Shown: piece after piece, positions 49,661 to 63,732 of the stretch
Layout: each line of letters opens with the position of its first letter
Numbering within the stretch: position 1 is the stretch's first letter
Assembly: GCF_006345805.1 (NCBI RefSeq)
Contig: NC_043000.1
Coordinates: 125,860,001 to 125,924,000 of the forward strand
DNA length: 64,000 nucleotides
Direction: 5' to 3'
DNA from: Octopus sinensis
Taxonomy: Eukaryota
The notes under the pieces: generated by a model
What the model saw: the letters and a program-made list of their open reading frames with translations, nothing else
Told to the model about the DNA's origin: nothing
The model's database searches: none
Translations under genes and position numbers: made by a program

Positions 49661-51718
49661 GCAGGCCTGACACTGAAAAGTCCAAGATTTAAGCTGTAAA
49701 GTGGTTTTGTAAAGTGGTTAGTGATGTGAAGGAGATCCAATCTGTAAAACAATGCCAGACTTGTGCAAAACTTCAAACATCAACTTAAGAAAAAGGAAAT
49801 TTTGTTAAATTCCTCTATTCTAGATAATTTTTTCAATATTAATTGAAACTCATAGGCAATGTACCTCAATTGAGATATGGTCATAACAGAGTTTTATACT
49901 TATAATAAAACAAAATAACCTGGAATGACAGATTCCTTATCAAGGGAAGAGAAGTTTTTTTATTTCTTACAGTAGCATCTACAGCCTTTTTCTTTTCTTG
50001 GCTTTACACTATTTCAGACTATAGTATGGAGGAGCTAACTGGCCTAGGTTGGTGGTGGTTAAAAGTCAGTTTCACTTATTGCAGATTTATTCTTAGAAAT
50101 GAAAAGATGGATGTATACAGGAAGGTGATACCAGTAAATAATGGCTGTTATTTTTTTATGTTGTTCTCAGATTCTCTACTGGTCATTGAATAGACCACTT
50201 TGGTAAAAGAATCTGCTGTGTCATATACTAATGATCACAAACTACAACTGGAAAATAACAGCACAATGGCTAGATGTATAAGCTGTCAATCTTTTTAATT
50301 GGAAGGTTCATAGGTTTGACTTGTGTTGTGTCTTGTTATCTTTGTTTAATCCCAGGTCAACCCAGATCAGACAGACCTATGATGAAAGGTACTCTAACCA
50401 TGGCCATACCTCATTCCTCTCTCTCTCTCTCTCTCTCTGATGTAGTTTATGACCATCCTTTTGTTAAGATGCCAGATGATTTGGGAAGAGATTTAGCTGT
50501 TTTTTCTAGCAGGTAGTGTGTCTGCATAACAACTTCCTTGTTGGCTTGTGCTATTTATTGGTGTTGTGTTGTGCCTTGGGCTAGACATGAAACTTCTCAA
50601 CTTTTCTCACCCCACTTAATTTGACATGCAAAGAGACGGAGAGAAAATGACTTGCGGGCTAAACACCAAACTAATTGGAAACTGATGGCTGGTTGTTTTG
50701 ATTGTTTACATTACTCAAATGGAATCGTTTCACTTGAGAACAAGTGAAAGAGTTTATTGGAAATGTTACCTTTAGGACAGGATGATAATAACTAAAGATC
50801 TTAGCCTTATTCCAACACTTGCATGTTTCATATTAGTTGTAATTCTCTAATTGGTCTCATGTTGAGAATCAGGCAAGTTGTATTGGATAACGAAGGCTTA
50901 GCTCCCTTGTCTTTAGATATTTGCCAGAAGCTCCCTAGAGATTATTGGGATATGTGGTTAGTGTTCATAACTCTCATTTTCCACTAAAGTAAATTTTGTA
51001 ATTAAGTGTTTAATCACTGAAACTTGTTATTGTTAGGTGTTTTCTATAGCACCACATCAATCCTGATCAAGTAGACTTTTGATCAAATCCAGGGCCTTCC
51101 CATCTATTTATATATCAGAGACTGCATAGAATTTCTTTCTAGTGTTCATTTAAAGTGACTCACCATGATAACTATATCTATATCTGGTTAAAATTCCTAT
51201 TAATATTAATATTTTATCTTTAATTATAATCCAAAATTAATTGATCCCTATCTCTCTTCCACTCTTTTTGTTTTCTTACTTCGTTTTACAATTCTAACTC
51301 GAATATGATATAGAATGCAATCTTTTGAGAGCTTTCTTTTAGGATAATATGCTCTTGTTATTTTTAATTTTTGAAAGAATACATTATTAATTATATATGT
51401 ATGTATACATACAGTTAAAGGCAAGAGCTAGAGTTGCTCAATATAGAAAACACACAGTGATGCTCAAATTATTTGAACTCCAATATCTTTGTCAAGGACT
51501 GGGTCCACAGGATAAAGTGTGACTGTGTGTGTGTGTATGGAATCTCTGGTAGTTCATATATTCCAAAAAAGAAGCACACTTTCAGGTTTTAGAGCAGTAA
51601 TATGTATATTTTTTAGGGAGTTAAATTTTTTAGTCAAGCGCTTTATAGGTACAAAACCAATGGTCACTCTATGACTATACAAAACAATTAAACTCATTAA
51701 AATATGTATATATATATA

Positions 51719-52095
51719 TACTAGCAGTATCGCCCGGCGTTGCTCAGGTTTGTAAGGGAAATAACTATAAAGCATTTTTAGAGAGTTATAGCCAAAAAAT
51801 GGAAAAAAATATGGTAAATTTTTTTTTGAGAGTTAAAAAAGGATGGAGTTGCGTACCCTAGACAGTTTGTGGTTCGTGTTTCTGATTCTCGACCCCATGT
51901 CGAATTTATCGATTTTTTTCAGAACTGGGGGAACTTTTCAAAATTTTGGCTGAGTTAGTTTTGAATTATGACATTGGGCTATGTGTGTGTCAAGTTTCAT
52001 CAGAATCGGTTGAAAGCCGTGGTCAGGGTGAGGGTACAAGCAAACAGACACACAGAAACACGCACAGACAAACTGCCGTTTATATATAGAGAGAT
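51719..52095 (+). mobile_element. Non-autonomous Helitron-like (Lep1/HINE-like) element
   Basis: 5' TACTAG..gcccggcgttgct, internal aagtttcatcagaatcggttg, and a subterminal (ACAG/ACAC) run followed by tttatatatagagagat. It is CpG-rich relative to its flanks. Confidence 0.5.
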
Positions 52096-52525
52096 ATATA
52101 TATATCATCATCATCATTGTTTAACGTCCGCTTTCCATGCTAGCATGGGTTGAACGGTTTGACTGAGGACTGGCAAACCAGATGACTGCACCAAGCTCCA
52201 ATCTGATCTGGCAGAGTTTCTACAGCTGGATGCCCTTCTTAACGCCAACCACTCCGAGAGTGTAGTGGGTGCTTTTACGTGCCACCGGCACGAGGGCCAG
52301 TCGGCCGATACTGGCAGCGGCCATGCTCAAGTGGTGTTTTTTACATGCCACCTGCGCAGGAACCAGTACAACGGCACTGGCAACAACCTCACTCAAATGT
52401 TTTTCACTTGCCACCGGCACATGTGCCAGTAAAGCGACGCTGGTAACGATCTCGTTTGAATGGTGCGTTTTACATGCCATCGGCATGGAAGCTAGTCAGC
52501 TGCTCTAGCAGCGATCATGCTCAGA

Positions 52526-52678
52526 TATATATATATAATATATATATATAATATTTATATATATTATATAATATATATATATATGTAGTATGTATGTATG
52601 TATGTATGTATATGTATGTATGTATGTATATTGTAGTTATGTATGTTATGTATGTGTATGTATGTATATGTATGTATG

Positions 52679-52723
<45 letters not shown>

Positions 52724-53040
52724 GTATATATATATATGTATGTATATATATATATATGTATGTATATGTGTATATATATATATGTATGTATATGTGTATA
52801 TATATATATGTATGTATATGTGTATATATATATATGTATGTATATGTGTATATATATATATGTATGTATATGTGTATATATATATATGTATGTATATGTA
52901 TATATATATATGTATGTATATGTATATATATATATATGTATGTATATGTATATATATATATGTATGTATATGTATATATATATATGTATGTATATGTATA
53001 TATATATATGTATGTATATGTATATATATATGTATGTATA

Positions 53041-53073
<33 letters not shown>

Positions 53074-53075
53074 TT

Positions 53076-53120
<45 letters not shown>

Positions 53121-53180
53121 GTATGTATATGTATATATATATATAGTATGTATATATATATATATATGTAGTATTATATG

Positions 53181-53212
<32 letters not shown>

Positions 53213-53684
53213 ATGTATATATATAGAATATATAAAATGTATGTATATGTTATATATATATATAATATATGTACTATGTATATGTATATATCTATAATAT
53301 GTATGTATATTATATATATATATATAGGTTATGTATGTTATGATATATATATATATATATATATGTATGTATATGTATATATATATATATATATAGTATG
53401 TATATGTATATATATATATATATGTATGTATGTATATGTATATATATATAATATATGTATGTATGTATATGTTATATATATATATAGTATGTATATGTAT
53501 ATATATATATATTAATGTATGTATATGTATATATTATATATATATGTATGTATATGTTATATATATATATAATATGTATGTATATGTATATATATATATA
53601 TATATGTATGTATAGTATATATATAATATATATATGTAATGTATATGTATATATATATATATATATATGTATGTATATGTGTGT

Positions 53685-53733
<49 letters not shown>

Positions 53734-53760
53734 TGCATATACATACATACACACGCACAC
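52526..53760. repeat. Large (TA)/(TATG) compound microsatellite array
   Basis: Near-continuous alternating purine-pyrimidine sequence. Similar arrays lie at 54270-54470, 54590-55140 and 56030-56500. Confidence 0.95.
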
Positions 53761-54935
53761 ATGGCTAGATAGATAAATATTAATGTATACATGTATACAT
53801 GTATTACAGAGATTTCACACAATTATTCAGCTTGTATTCTGCCAGAGAAATGATTTTGAATTCTTCAACAAAAGATATCATTCTGGAAAAAGAGAATCAG
53901 TATGAGTTCCACTGAGAGAAGTTACGTATAAAGATGAGGAGAGCTTAGAGCTTAAGCAATCTTTCCTCTTGTCTGTTTAAAAACTACAGTGATTTAATGA
54001 GACATAACAGCTTGCCTAGCTGAAAGTGGGTGAAACAATTAACTCTTCATTTTCTTAATGTAAATAAGCAGTTCACTATACAATGCAAAGTTCCTCCACA
54101 CAGCCACTTCCAAGCAGCCACTAACATTCTTTCCTTTTAATAAAGGAGAAACGTTATAGATATGCCTGGTCAACTTTAAATCTATGATACAGTCAATTAT
54201 TGCTGTTTTAAATGAAATATTGAAGCGAACAATTAATTCCTTGCAAATATTTATAGAACCAATGTTAACTTATATGCATATATAATATATATATATAGAT
54301 TATGTATATATATATATATATTATATATATAATATATGCATGTATTATATATACATGTGTATATATATGTGTATATATGTATATATATATACATGTGTGT
54401 GTATATATATATATATGTGTGCATATATACATATATGTATATATATATATATATATATTATATATTTTATATAGAGGGCATGTTCAATAAGAAAATATTA
54501 TTTCGAAATTTTTTCTCTTATGAGGTTTTCACGCTATCTACCTGACAATTTCTTGTTAAGTTTTCCTTATTAGTAGTTGTCCTTAATTGCTAATTATATA
54601 TATATATATATATATTATATATTATATATATATATATATATATGCATGTATATATATGTGTAGATATATATGCATGTATATATATGTGTAGATATATATG
54701 CATGTATATATATATATATGTGTAGATATATATGCATGTATATATATGTGTAGATATATATGCATGTATATATATAATATATTTGATGATATGTGTTATA
54801 TATATGCATATATATATGCATGTATATATATATGTGTAGATATATATGCATGTATATATATATGTGTAGATATATATGCATATATATATGCATGTATATA
54901 TATATGTGTAGATATATATGCATATATATGTATAC

Positions 54936-54975
<40 letters not shown>

Positions 54976-56036
54976 ATATATATATATGTATATATATATG
55001 CATAGATATGTACACACGTATGTATGTATGTATACATATATAATATATGTATGTATGTATACAAGTATGAATATATATATTATATATATATACACATACA
55101 CACACATACATATATGTATAAAACACAGTGTATATATGTATAAAACACAATGTGTTTGTTGCCAGGCCCGCTTTACTGGCTCCGTTGCTGGTGGCATGTA
55201 AAAAGCACCATCCGAATGTGTTCATTGCCAAAGCCTGCCTTACTGGCTCCGTTGCTGGTGGCATGTAAAAAGCACCAACTGATCATGACCAAACTAGTAC
55301 TACCTGACTGGCTCCTGTGCCAGTGGCACGTAAAAGCCCCCGCTACACTCTCAGAGTGGTTGGCTTTAGGAAGGGCGTCCAGCTGTAGAAACTCTGCCAG
55401 ACCAGATTGCAGCCTGGTGCAGCTGCTGGCTCTCCAGACTTCAGTCAAACCTTCCAACCCATGCCAGCATGAAAAACAGACGTTAATCGATGATGATGAT
55501 GATACATTATATATATATATATATAATAATATTATATAATATATATATATACACACATGCACAAACACAAATATACATCATTTGGATAAAGGAATAGGGT
55601 TTTGCTGATTTCACATATTTGGTCTTCATTAACTTAAAATGGTGGGGGCCCTTGGAGCTAATATAGAAATATTTGAGTTATAATTACTGTGCTTGTATAT
55701 ACTCATGTATGCATGTGCACACATACACACACATGCATATGTATGTGTGTGTGTGTGTATATACTATAAACTGTTGTTTATTCAAAGTTGAGTCAATGTG
55801 AGTCACTAATCAATTTCTCATTCCCAGTTGTGGGTTACCTGGTTAATGCTGACTCAGGTTTTTATTCCACTCTCCATGATAGTATTGAGTGCATTCTCAC
55901 ATAATTGCACTCTCTGTCTTTCTATCTATGTCTGTCTACCTGATTATTTGTTGTGTGCACGTGTTATATATATATGGTGCCCCAGCATGGCCACAGCTCA
56001 CGAGCTGAAACTAGATCAAATCAAATCAATCATATA

Positions 56037-56067
<31 letters not shown>

Positions 56068-56098
56068 TAAATACATATATATATATATATATACACAC

Positions 56099-56134
<36 letters not shown>

Positions 56135-56181
56135 ACACTATATATATGTGTATGTGTGTGCTTGAATATATATGTGTGTAT

Positions 56182-56220
<39 letters not shown>

Positions 56221-56422
56221 TATGAATGATTGATTTGATTTGATCTAGCTTCAGCTCATGAGCTGTGGCCATGCTGGGGCACTGCCAAATATATATATAT
56301 GTGTGTGTGTGTGTGTATATATAGAGAGAGAGATACGCACACACCTATATATACATAAATACATACCTGCAAACATATACAATCCTGATTTTCAAGCTAG
56401 TGTGAAATGCAGTTAGGCAAAC

Positions 56423-56453
<31 letters not shown>

Positions 56454-57049
56454 CACACACATACACAATACACACACACACATATATATATATAGATAAA
56501 TAGATATAAACAAATATAAAGGAAGACAAAAAAAAACGTGGTCACTTCTTTCTCTCTTTCATTCTTTTCTATTTGCTATTTGTCTATATAGATGCTTTAT
56601 AATCTGTTGCAGGCACTTCCACAGATGTGCACACGCACGCACGCACACACACACACACACACACCTATAGAAAGAGAGAGAGAGAGAGAGAGAGAGACCA
56701 GCTATTCATATTTATACAGGAATACATAGGTGTGTTTGCATGCTTACTTGTGTGTGTGTGTTTATGTGTGTTCTTACACATATACTAGCAGTGTCAATAT
56801 CTAGTCACTCCAAGGAAGTAAGGAAGTTGAGTATATAGACGCTCTCTTTCTCTCTCTCCTTCCTTCTCTCTCTCTCTCCTTGCTCTCTTTCTCTCTCTTT
56901 ATAGTAATATAGGTTGTAAGAGAGAAGCAAATAAATTTGCACCTTTTGTATTCTAGATTATTAAATGTTCCTAGTTTTAGAGTTATTCTTACAAGCTCTT
57001 CTACTTAAAGCCTCTAACATTTGTCACCATTTAATAATTATTTCCATTT

Positions 57050-57640
57050 TGCAAAAATTAGTATCTTGCTATATTTGACCACTCTCTCTCTCTCTGCGTT
57101 CTCACTCTCCTCTTTCTCTGTTCTCTCTCTGCTCTCTCCCCCATCTTTCTCTTTCTCTGCTCTCTCTTTTTTTCTCTGCCCTATCTTTCTCTTTGTTCTC
57201 TCTCTCTGCTCCCTCTCTCTCTCTCTGCTCCCTCTCTCTCTCTCTGCTTCCTCTCTCTCTCTCTGCTCTCTCCTTCTGCTCTCTCTCTCTCCTTTCTATC
57301 TGCTCTCTCTCTCCTTTCTATCTGCTCTCTCTCTCTCTTTCTTTGTTCTCTCTCCTCTGCTCTCTCTATCTCTCTCTGCTCTATCTGCTCTCAACCTCTT
57401 TCTTTCTCTTCCTCTCTCTCTTTTCTTTGCTCTCATTCATCTCTGCTCTCTCTCTCTGCTCTCTCACTACTCTCTCCTTTCTCTCCTCTTTCTCCTCTCT
57501 CTCTTGCTCTGCTTTATCTCTCTCTCTGTTTTCATTCCCTCTCTGCTCTCCCTTTCTACTTTTCCTCATATCACTCTCTTTCTCTCTCTCTCTCTCCTTC
57601 TCGCCCTCCTTTTATTATTTTTAACTCTTCCATTTCCTTC
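57050..57640 (+). repeat. About 600-bp CT-rich polypyrimidine/(CT)n tract
   Basis: Read directly from the sequence. Confidence 0.9.
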
Positions 57641-60051
57641 ACATCTCTGATATGTCCCTGTCAATATAAATTAATTTCTATGCTGAGATATCTGTTTGGT
57701 TTCCATACAGACAACATTGTCTATATCAGCAGCATCAACACCACTACCACCACCACGAAAACCACTACCACCAACCCCACCACCAACAACAACAACGACG
57801 CCAGCACCAACATCAACACCAGCTCCATGGTCCAATCTATCTTTATTGTCAGTAGTATTCTTTAATTGATGTAATCGATAGGATATCCCTTCCCCCCACC
57901 TCCACCACCACCACCACCACCACCACTACTGCCACTGAAATACAGACATAGCTTTACTCCGGTGCTTCCATCCATGCTGGTTGGTGGCAGGCTGTTGTTC
58001 TAACAGGGCCACAAACTTTACCAGAAGATCCCATCGTCATTGTGTGCAGCTTGTATTCTTCAGTTGGGCTGAAATGAAAGTCGGTGCGGTGGGGGAGATG
58101 GAGGCTTGGAAAGAGAAAGAGACACAGCAGTGCACCTCTCTCTCTCCCTCCCTCTGTATCTCTCTCTCTCTCTCTATCTATCTATCTCTCTCTCTGCCTT
58201 TGTATGCTATCAATCTCTGGCATCACTCACCAACCTGTATGTAGTTAACCAGTAGCATCTCCCTCTTCCTCCTTTACAAAACCTCTCCTGGTATTGTTAG
58301 CTTTGTTTACAATCTTCTGTAATACCGCTGCATATGCCAACAGCTTCTTTGTCATTCCCAGCATCTGCTTTACAGCTTTTTTTGTCACCAGCATCATTCA
58401 TATACACACACATATACATATGCATACATATGTTTGTGTGCATGTGTATGTATAACTTTTTTTTCTAAGTAACAAATGGATTTTGCTACTAGCCTCATGC
58501 GCTCATTCGATAAGGGATGAATTATGAAGCATCTCCGTGCACCTGCATCTGCAGAATCTTCTGCACTTCTTCCTCTTCTTTCCATGTCTCTCACGCTGCG
58601 ATTCCTTATTGCGTCCATTCTCTGTTGTCATAATAAACCGCCGACGGTCCTCCATAATCCTGCCTCCTCTCCATTGTGATCGCAAACCTGACCCGCCCCC
58701 ACCTGTCCCCCTATCCTGCCCCTACTCATCCCCTTACACCATTATTACACCTTCATGATCCCTTGCTATTTACATCTGTGCATCAAGGTTTCACCAACCC
58801 CCCTCCTTTTTTTTTTATTTTATTTTTCCTCTCTCCCTCTCTATCTTTCTCTCCTCCATTTGGCCAAAATGGTTATTAGCACATTCTTCTCATTATGGGT
58901 TTCAATTATAACTTCAAGTAAGTATTTTTTTTTCAAAGCCTTAACTATATGTACATATATATATATTATATAGGATTCTTTTCATAGTGTTTAATTACAT
59001 TTTTGTTCATACTGCTGTATTAATTATTAATTAACCCTGATAAACTTGGAAAAGAAAATAAGTTTGGATGCAAACGACCTGTTGATTTGTGTAAAGAATT
59101 TTAAACAACAAAACTCGTAAAAGAAATGTTTTTGTATTGGAACAATTGTTTCTATAAAATTTCTGTCTGCTAATATAATGTGTTAGTTTTAAAAAAAAAG
59201 TACTAGATTCACATTTTTTTTTAAATAATCATTGAAATGTACTAGGGTTTGCTTCTTTTTTTTTTTTTTTTTTTTATATATATACTCCATTTCAAATCAG
59301 AAGGAACTTGTGAAGTACAGACTTCTAATGTTATATTATTTCAACTGTTTACGTATTTTAATTGTATAACAAATATAGGCAACCTGTATGGTTGAGCATG
59401 TATATATGTCTGTGTTTGTGTGTATATGTAGAGAGTGTGATATCTGACAAAAAAAAACTTTAATGCTGTACACTATATATACCTAGAAAACAATGTGTGT
59501 GTGTACTACAAAATCCAACTGTCCTGGAGTTCTCTCTTTTAATCTCAGGACTGATTGTATTCATGCTGGAATCTTTGAGTATTGTGATGGAAATTATCTA
59601 AAATTACACATACAATTTGTGTGTGTTTGTGTTTGTATTATATATATCTACTATCATTATATTTAGCCAAAACTGTATGAGTTCATGTGTGCATATATAT
59701 TTAATATGTATTTTGTTTGTTAGTCCTGAGTAATTGATAGCTGTTTATAAGTACACATTGAGCACTTAAATGAGTTGAGATATGCTATGTTGAATCCTAA
59801 CATGCATACACCCCTATATTGTGCATGCTTTGATATATTTATGGGTGTGTCCAGGTTGTTGATATATCACTGAAAAAAAAACTTTATTACTGTACACTGT
59901 ACCTATAAAACGAGATGTAGCATTTCATGTCTTGAATTGCTAATTAAATTCAACTAAATTACAATTATATATAAATGTATAAAAACCATGCACATCTCAG
60001 ATTTGTATATATAGTGACACTACATACACTATATATTTTTTTTACATTTAC

Positions 60052-60095
<44 letters not shown>

Positions 60096-60669
60096 ATATA
60101 TATATATATCTTGCAAACAACTTGCACATGCAAGTGCTACCAGCTTTTCTTTTATGCATCGTTCATTATTATGTGCATGACCAAGTTCAACTTTTGAACT
60201 TTTATTTCAAATTTACTTTTCAATAAGAAAATATGAAAAATCTAAAATAGAAGGGTGAAGAAAACTTGCACATAGTTCATGTATTTAATGAAATATGCAG
60301 ATAAATGTGTGTATATGCATGTTTGTATATATAATATATACATAGATAAATAGATTGTCACGTGTTTGTGTAATTATCTTATGTATATGACACTTGTATC
60401 TCTGTGAAATTTTGATTAAGCAATGATAGGTTGTGATTTTTGCTCAATATACAATCAGTAAATAACAGCGACATATGTTTTAAGGTAGTATCCCCTTCTG
60501 ATATCAGGTGGGTAGACTTGTGGGGCCCATGACACTTGTATTGTATTTCGTCCCTTTTATAAAGGAAAGTTTTTTTTAACATGTTTATAGTGAAATACAC
60601 TTCCTGTAACTAACCCTTTTAGTCAGCCGTTATGACATGCTGTGATGTACATGCTAACATTCTACAAAT

Positions 60670-60965
60670 CATTGACTTAAATATATATTTGTATATATGT
60701 ATGTGTATATATACACATATATATGTATATATATATATATATATATTCACACATATGTACATATGTATGTATATATATATATATATATATGTACATATAT
60801 GTGTATATATATATACATATGTATATATAAGTATGTATATATATATATGTATATATATATATGTGTGTATATAAATATGTATATGTATGTATATATATGT
60901 ATATATGTGTATGTATTTATATATATATGTATATATGTGTATGTATTATATATATATATATATCT

Positions 60966-60997
<32 letters not shown>

Positions 60998-61050
60998 CTG
61001 TATGTATATGTGTGTATATACATATATATATATATCTGTATGTATATGTG

Positions 61051-61107
<57 letters not shown>

Positions 61108-61224
61108 TATATATAATATATCTGTATGTATATGTGTGTATATAATATATATATATCTGTATGTATATGTATATATATATATATTCTGTATGTATATGTG
61201 TATATGTATACATATCTGTTTGTA

Positions 61225-61257
<33 letters not shown>

Positions 61258-61330
61258 CTGTGTGTATATGTTTATCTATATGTATATGTGTGTGTGTATA
61301 TATATCTGTGTGTATGTATATATATATATA
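60670..61330. repeat. (TA)/(TATG)/(TATCTG) compound microsatellite array
   Basis: Read directly from the sequence. Confidence 0.95.
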
Positions 61331-61899
61331 TATCATGTTTGTGTATGAATATACATACTTTTAGTTGTAATGATTTGTACTTTTCGAAGTATCAAGAAAT
61401 CTCCCCCCCCCCCAAAAAAAAATCATTTTACAAAGTTGCTCAAATGCATTTGGTGTGACTCTAAATAAAAGCTGATAATAAGTTTGGATGGAAAAACCTT
61501 TCATGTGGAATAAATGAACAGTCACTTATGTGATTTGAACCCTGGTGTAGGGGACACTCTTTTCACTTTTGTCCATCTAAGGAATCTTTTTAACTTGATA
61601 CAGTATGAAATACAGGCAGGTGTCTTACAAGCACTCTGGTACATAATCCAGGTTGTGGCTATCCCCATTGAATGATAAGGAACAGCAGGAAATTGCTTTA
61701 GGTAAACAATCACACACTATTTCACCCGGTGGATAAAATTCTGTGTTCACTTCTTTGGATTTTATACAGTATACTATGTATATTTAAGATGTTAAAATAA
61801 GGATGGAGAATTGTACATCTGCAAAGCTTGTTTCTTACACACATGTATATAATATATTCTCTTTAAAATGCAATCTAACATGTGTTTCTGCTGCATATA

Positions 61900-61938
<39 letters not shown>

Positions 61939-63732
61939 TATATATACACACACATATATATATGTTTGGGTGTGTTATGATGCAAATCCTGCTTTTCGTA
62001 GAGGGATTTGCATTTGAGCAACTTAATGAAAAGGCTGTGTGTTTGTGTGTTTGTTATATCGAAACATACCTGTGATTTACCGTTGTGATCCTCTGTGCTG
62101 CTGCAGCTTTAATGCTTAGAGATGATGCTTACTTCCACTGCAGGAATTCTCTTTTAATATGTTCCTCTATTAAGATGATATTAATATTTTATAAATTGAA
62201 AATTTTTTTAAGAAGAAATATACACAGACATCAGCTTTTGAAATGCATGGCACTTTACTTGTTTGCATCTTTTGATGTAAAAAAACTTGTCCCTTGCTAC
62301 CTCTTGTCCACACTTGGGTACAGCTCATGCAAATTACAGCAAAGGCAAAACATAAAACTATTAAGAATAACAACAAAAAAACAACAACAACAGTAATAAT
62401 AATTACACCTAATTACGTTATACAAACTATACAAACTGGAATAAGTTTACTGTGAAGTCAAAAACAGGCTGGCTTGATAGCTCATGCAGGACACTGCAGC
62501 AGCAGGAATATTTCCATGATACAGATACCACTTCTTTCCTCGGATTCCGCTCTTTCCCTTTAATGTATATTACATATAGCTACATATTTAAATAAATGGC
62601 TACATGTGTATATGTGCATGTGCATGCACACACACACACACACACACATAAACATACATTCTTAGGTCATTAGATACTTTAGTAGCTAGGAGAGATTCAT
62701 AAGCATCAAATTTAGAATATGTTTTTGAATTAAATAATACCCACACATGTGCCTGCATCATAGATAGACTTAACATCTCCAGGTGTGTGTGTGTGTGACC
62801 TTATTGTATTCTGTAAACCATGAGAGGATTGGGTTCACTTCATTATAACTAAAGATTTTAGTTTTGCTTAACATCAAATTCTCCCAATGATGAAAATCCT
62901 GTTGCTAAAACCCAAACAATTGTTGTATTTGAAAGGATTTCACTTGTGTTTTAGTTACATTATTTATTTGTTATTTGGAAATTAGATATAATGATAGTCA
63001 TAAATTGTGTGTGTGTGTCTATATCCTATTTTTATTTTGAATTTCGCTCAAGAATTTGTCAGTATGTCTCTCCTAAAATCTAACCCTTACACTTTATTCT
63101 TCACACGTTACTTCAAAGAAACAACTGTAGAATTAAATTAAGTATACAGTTTCTTGGAATAATTTTATATAAAAGAATTTTTTAAAATCATAAAAAATAT
63201 TCCAATAGATTTCTTAGCATTTCCTGTGAACTTCGACAAAACAAATTGGCTGAAACAAAAATAGCTCATCTGATATTTATTTCTAAAAGAAACAAAAAAG
63301 AAAGAAAAAATCATAATGATGAATAGAAAAATATTTCAGAAAAAATAAAATTTCCTTCTGGAATTTTAATGGCTCAAAATTGCCTTGTTGCATGTTGGAT
63401 TTCTTTTAGTTTTTAGAAATCAAAGAATTCACAGCTGGTATTTTATTGATTCATTTGTATTTGTTCAATTCCCATTGATTCAGTGCTTACAACTATTAAT
63501 GTTGGGATCCTTTTTTTATATTTTTATAGAAAGAATCCTATAGGGATTACTTAAAAAAAAAAGAACTTAGATCAGTGACTAAACTAATAGCTGTCTCTTT
63601 ATTTAATGTTATCCTGTTATAAAAATCAGTGTTTGAACCAGTAATCAACTTCGAGACTTAGAAGATAGGGTATTTTATCAGAAAAATTTTGTCTTGATAA
63701 GATTTTTTTTTTTTCCTTACATTCTTTAACAT

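Larger units (their letters stand above)
45928..49720 (-). mobile_element. Nearly full-length CR1-clade LINE, antisense to KIF13
   Basis: Contains ORF1 plus an APE endonuclease and RT ORF2, a short 3'UTR with an AGTGC-acctga-GCACT hairpin, and an (ATT)n tail at 45928-45945. The 5' boundary is approximate and no TSD was seen. Confidence 0.93.

Noticed and set aside
45900-49800. Target-site duplication around the long CR1
   Set aside because: No convincing direct repeat was found. CR1 elements often lack clear TSDs, and the 5' end is uncertain.
58503-58685. Arg/Lys/Cys-rich minus ORF (RERHGKKRKKCRRFCRCRC) reminiscent of a protamine
   Set aside because: It is only about 50 codons from the first ATG, the overlapping frames are equally open, and the composition follows from a purine-rich stretch. 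There is no other support.
52590-61458. Many long ORFs of Y/I/M/V/C/H residues in the ORF track
   Set aside because: They are translations of (TA)/(TATG)/(CA) microsatellites, which lack stops in some frames. They have no splice context or domain.
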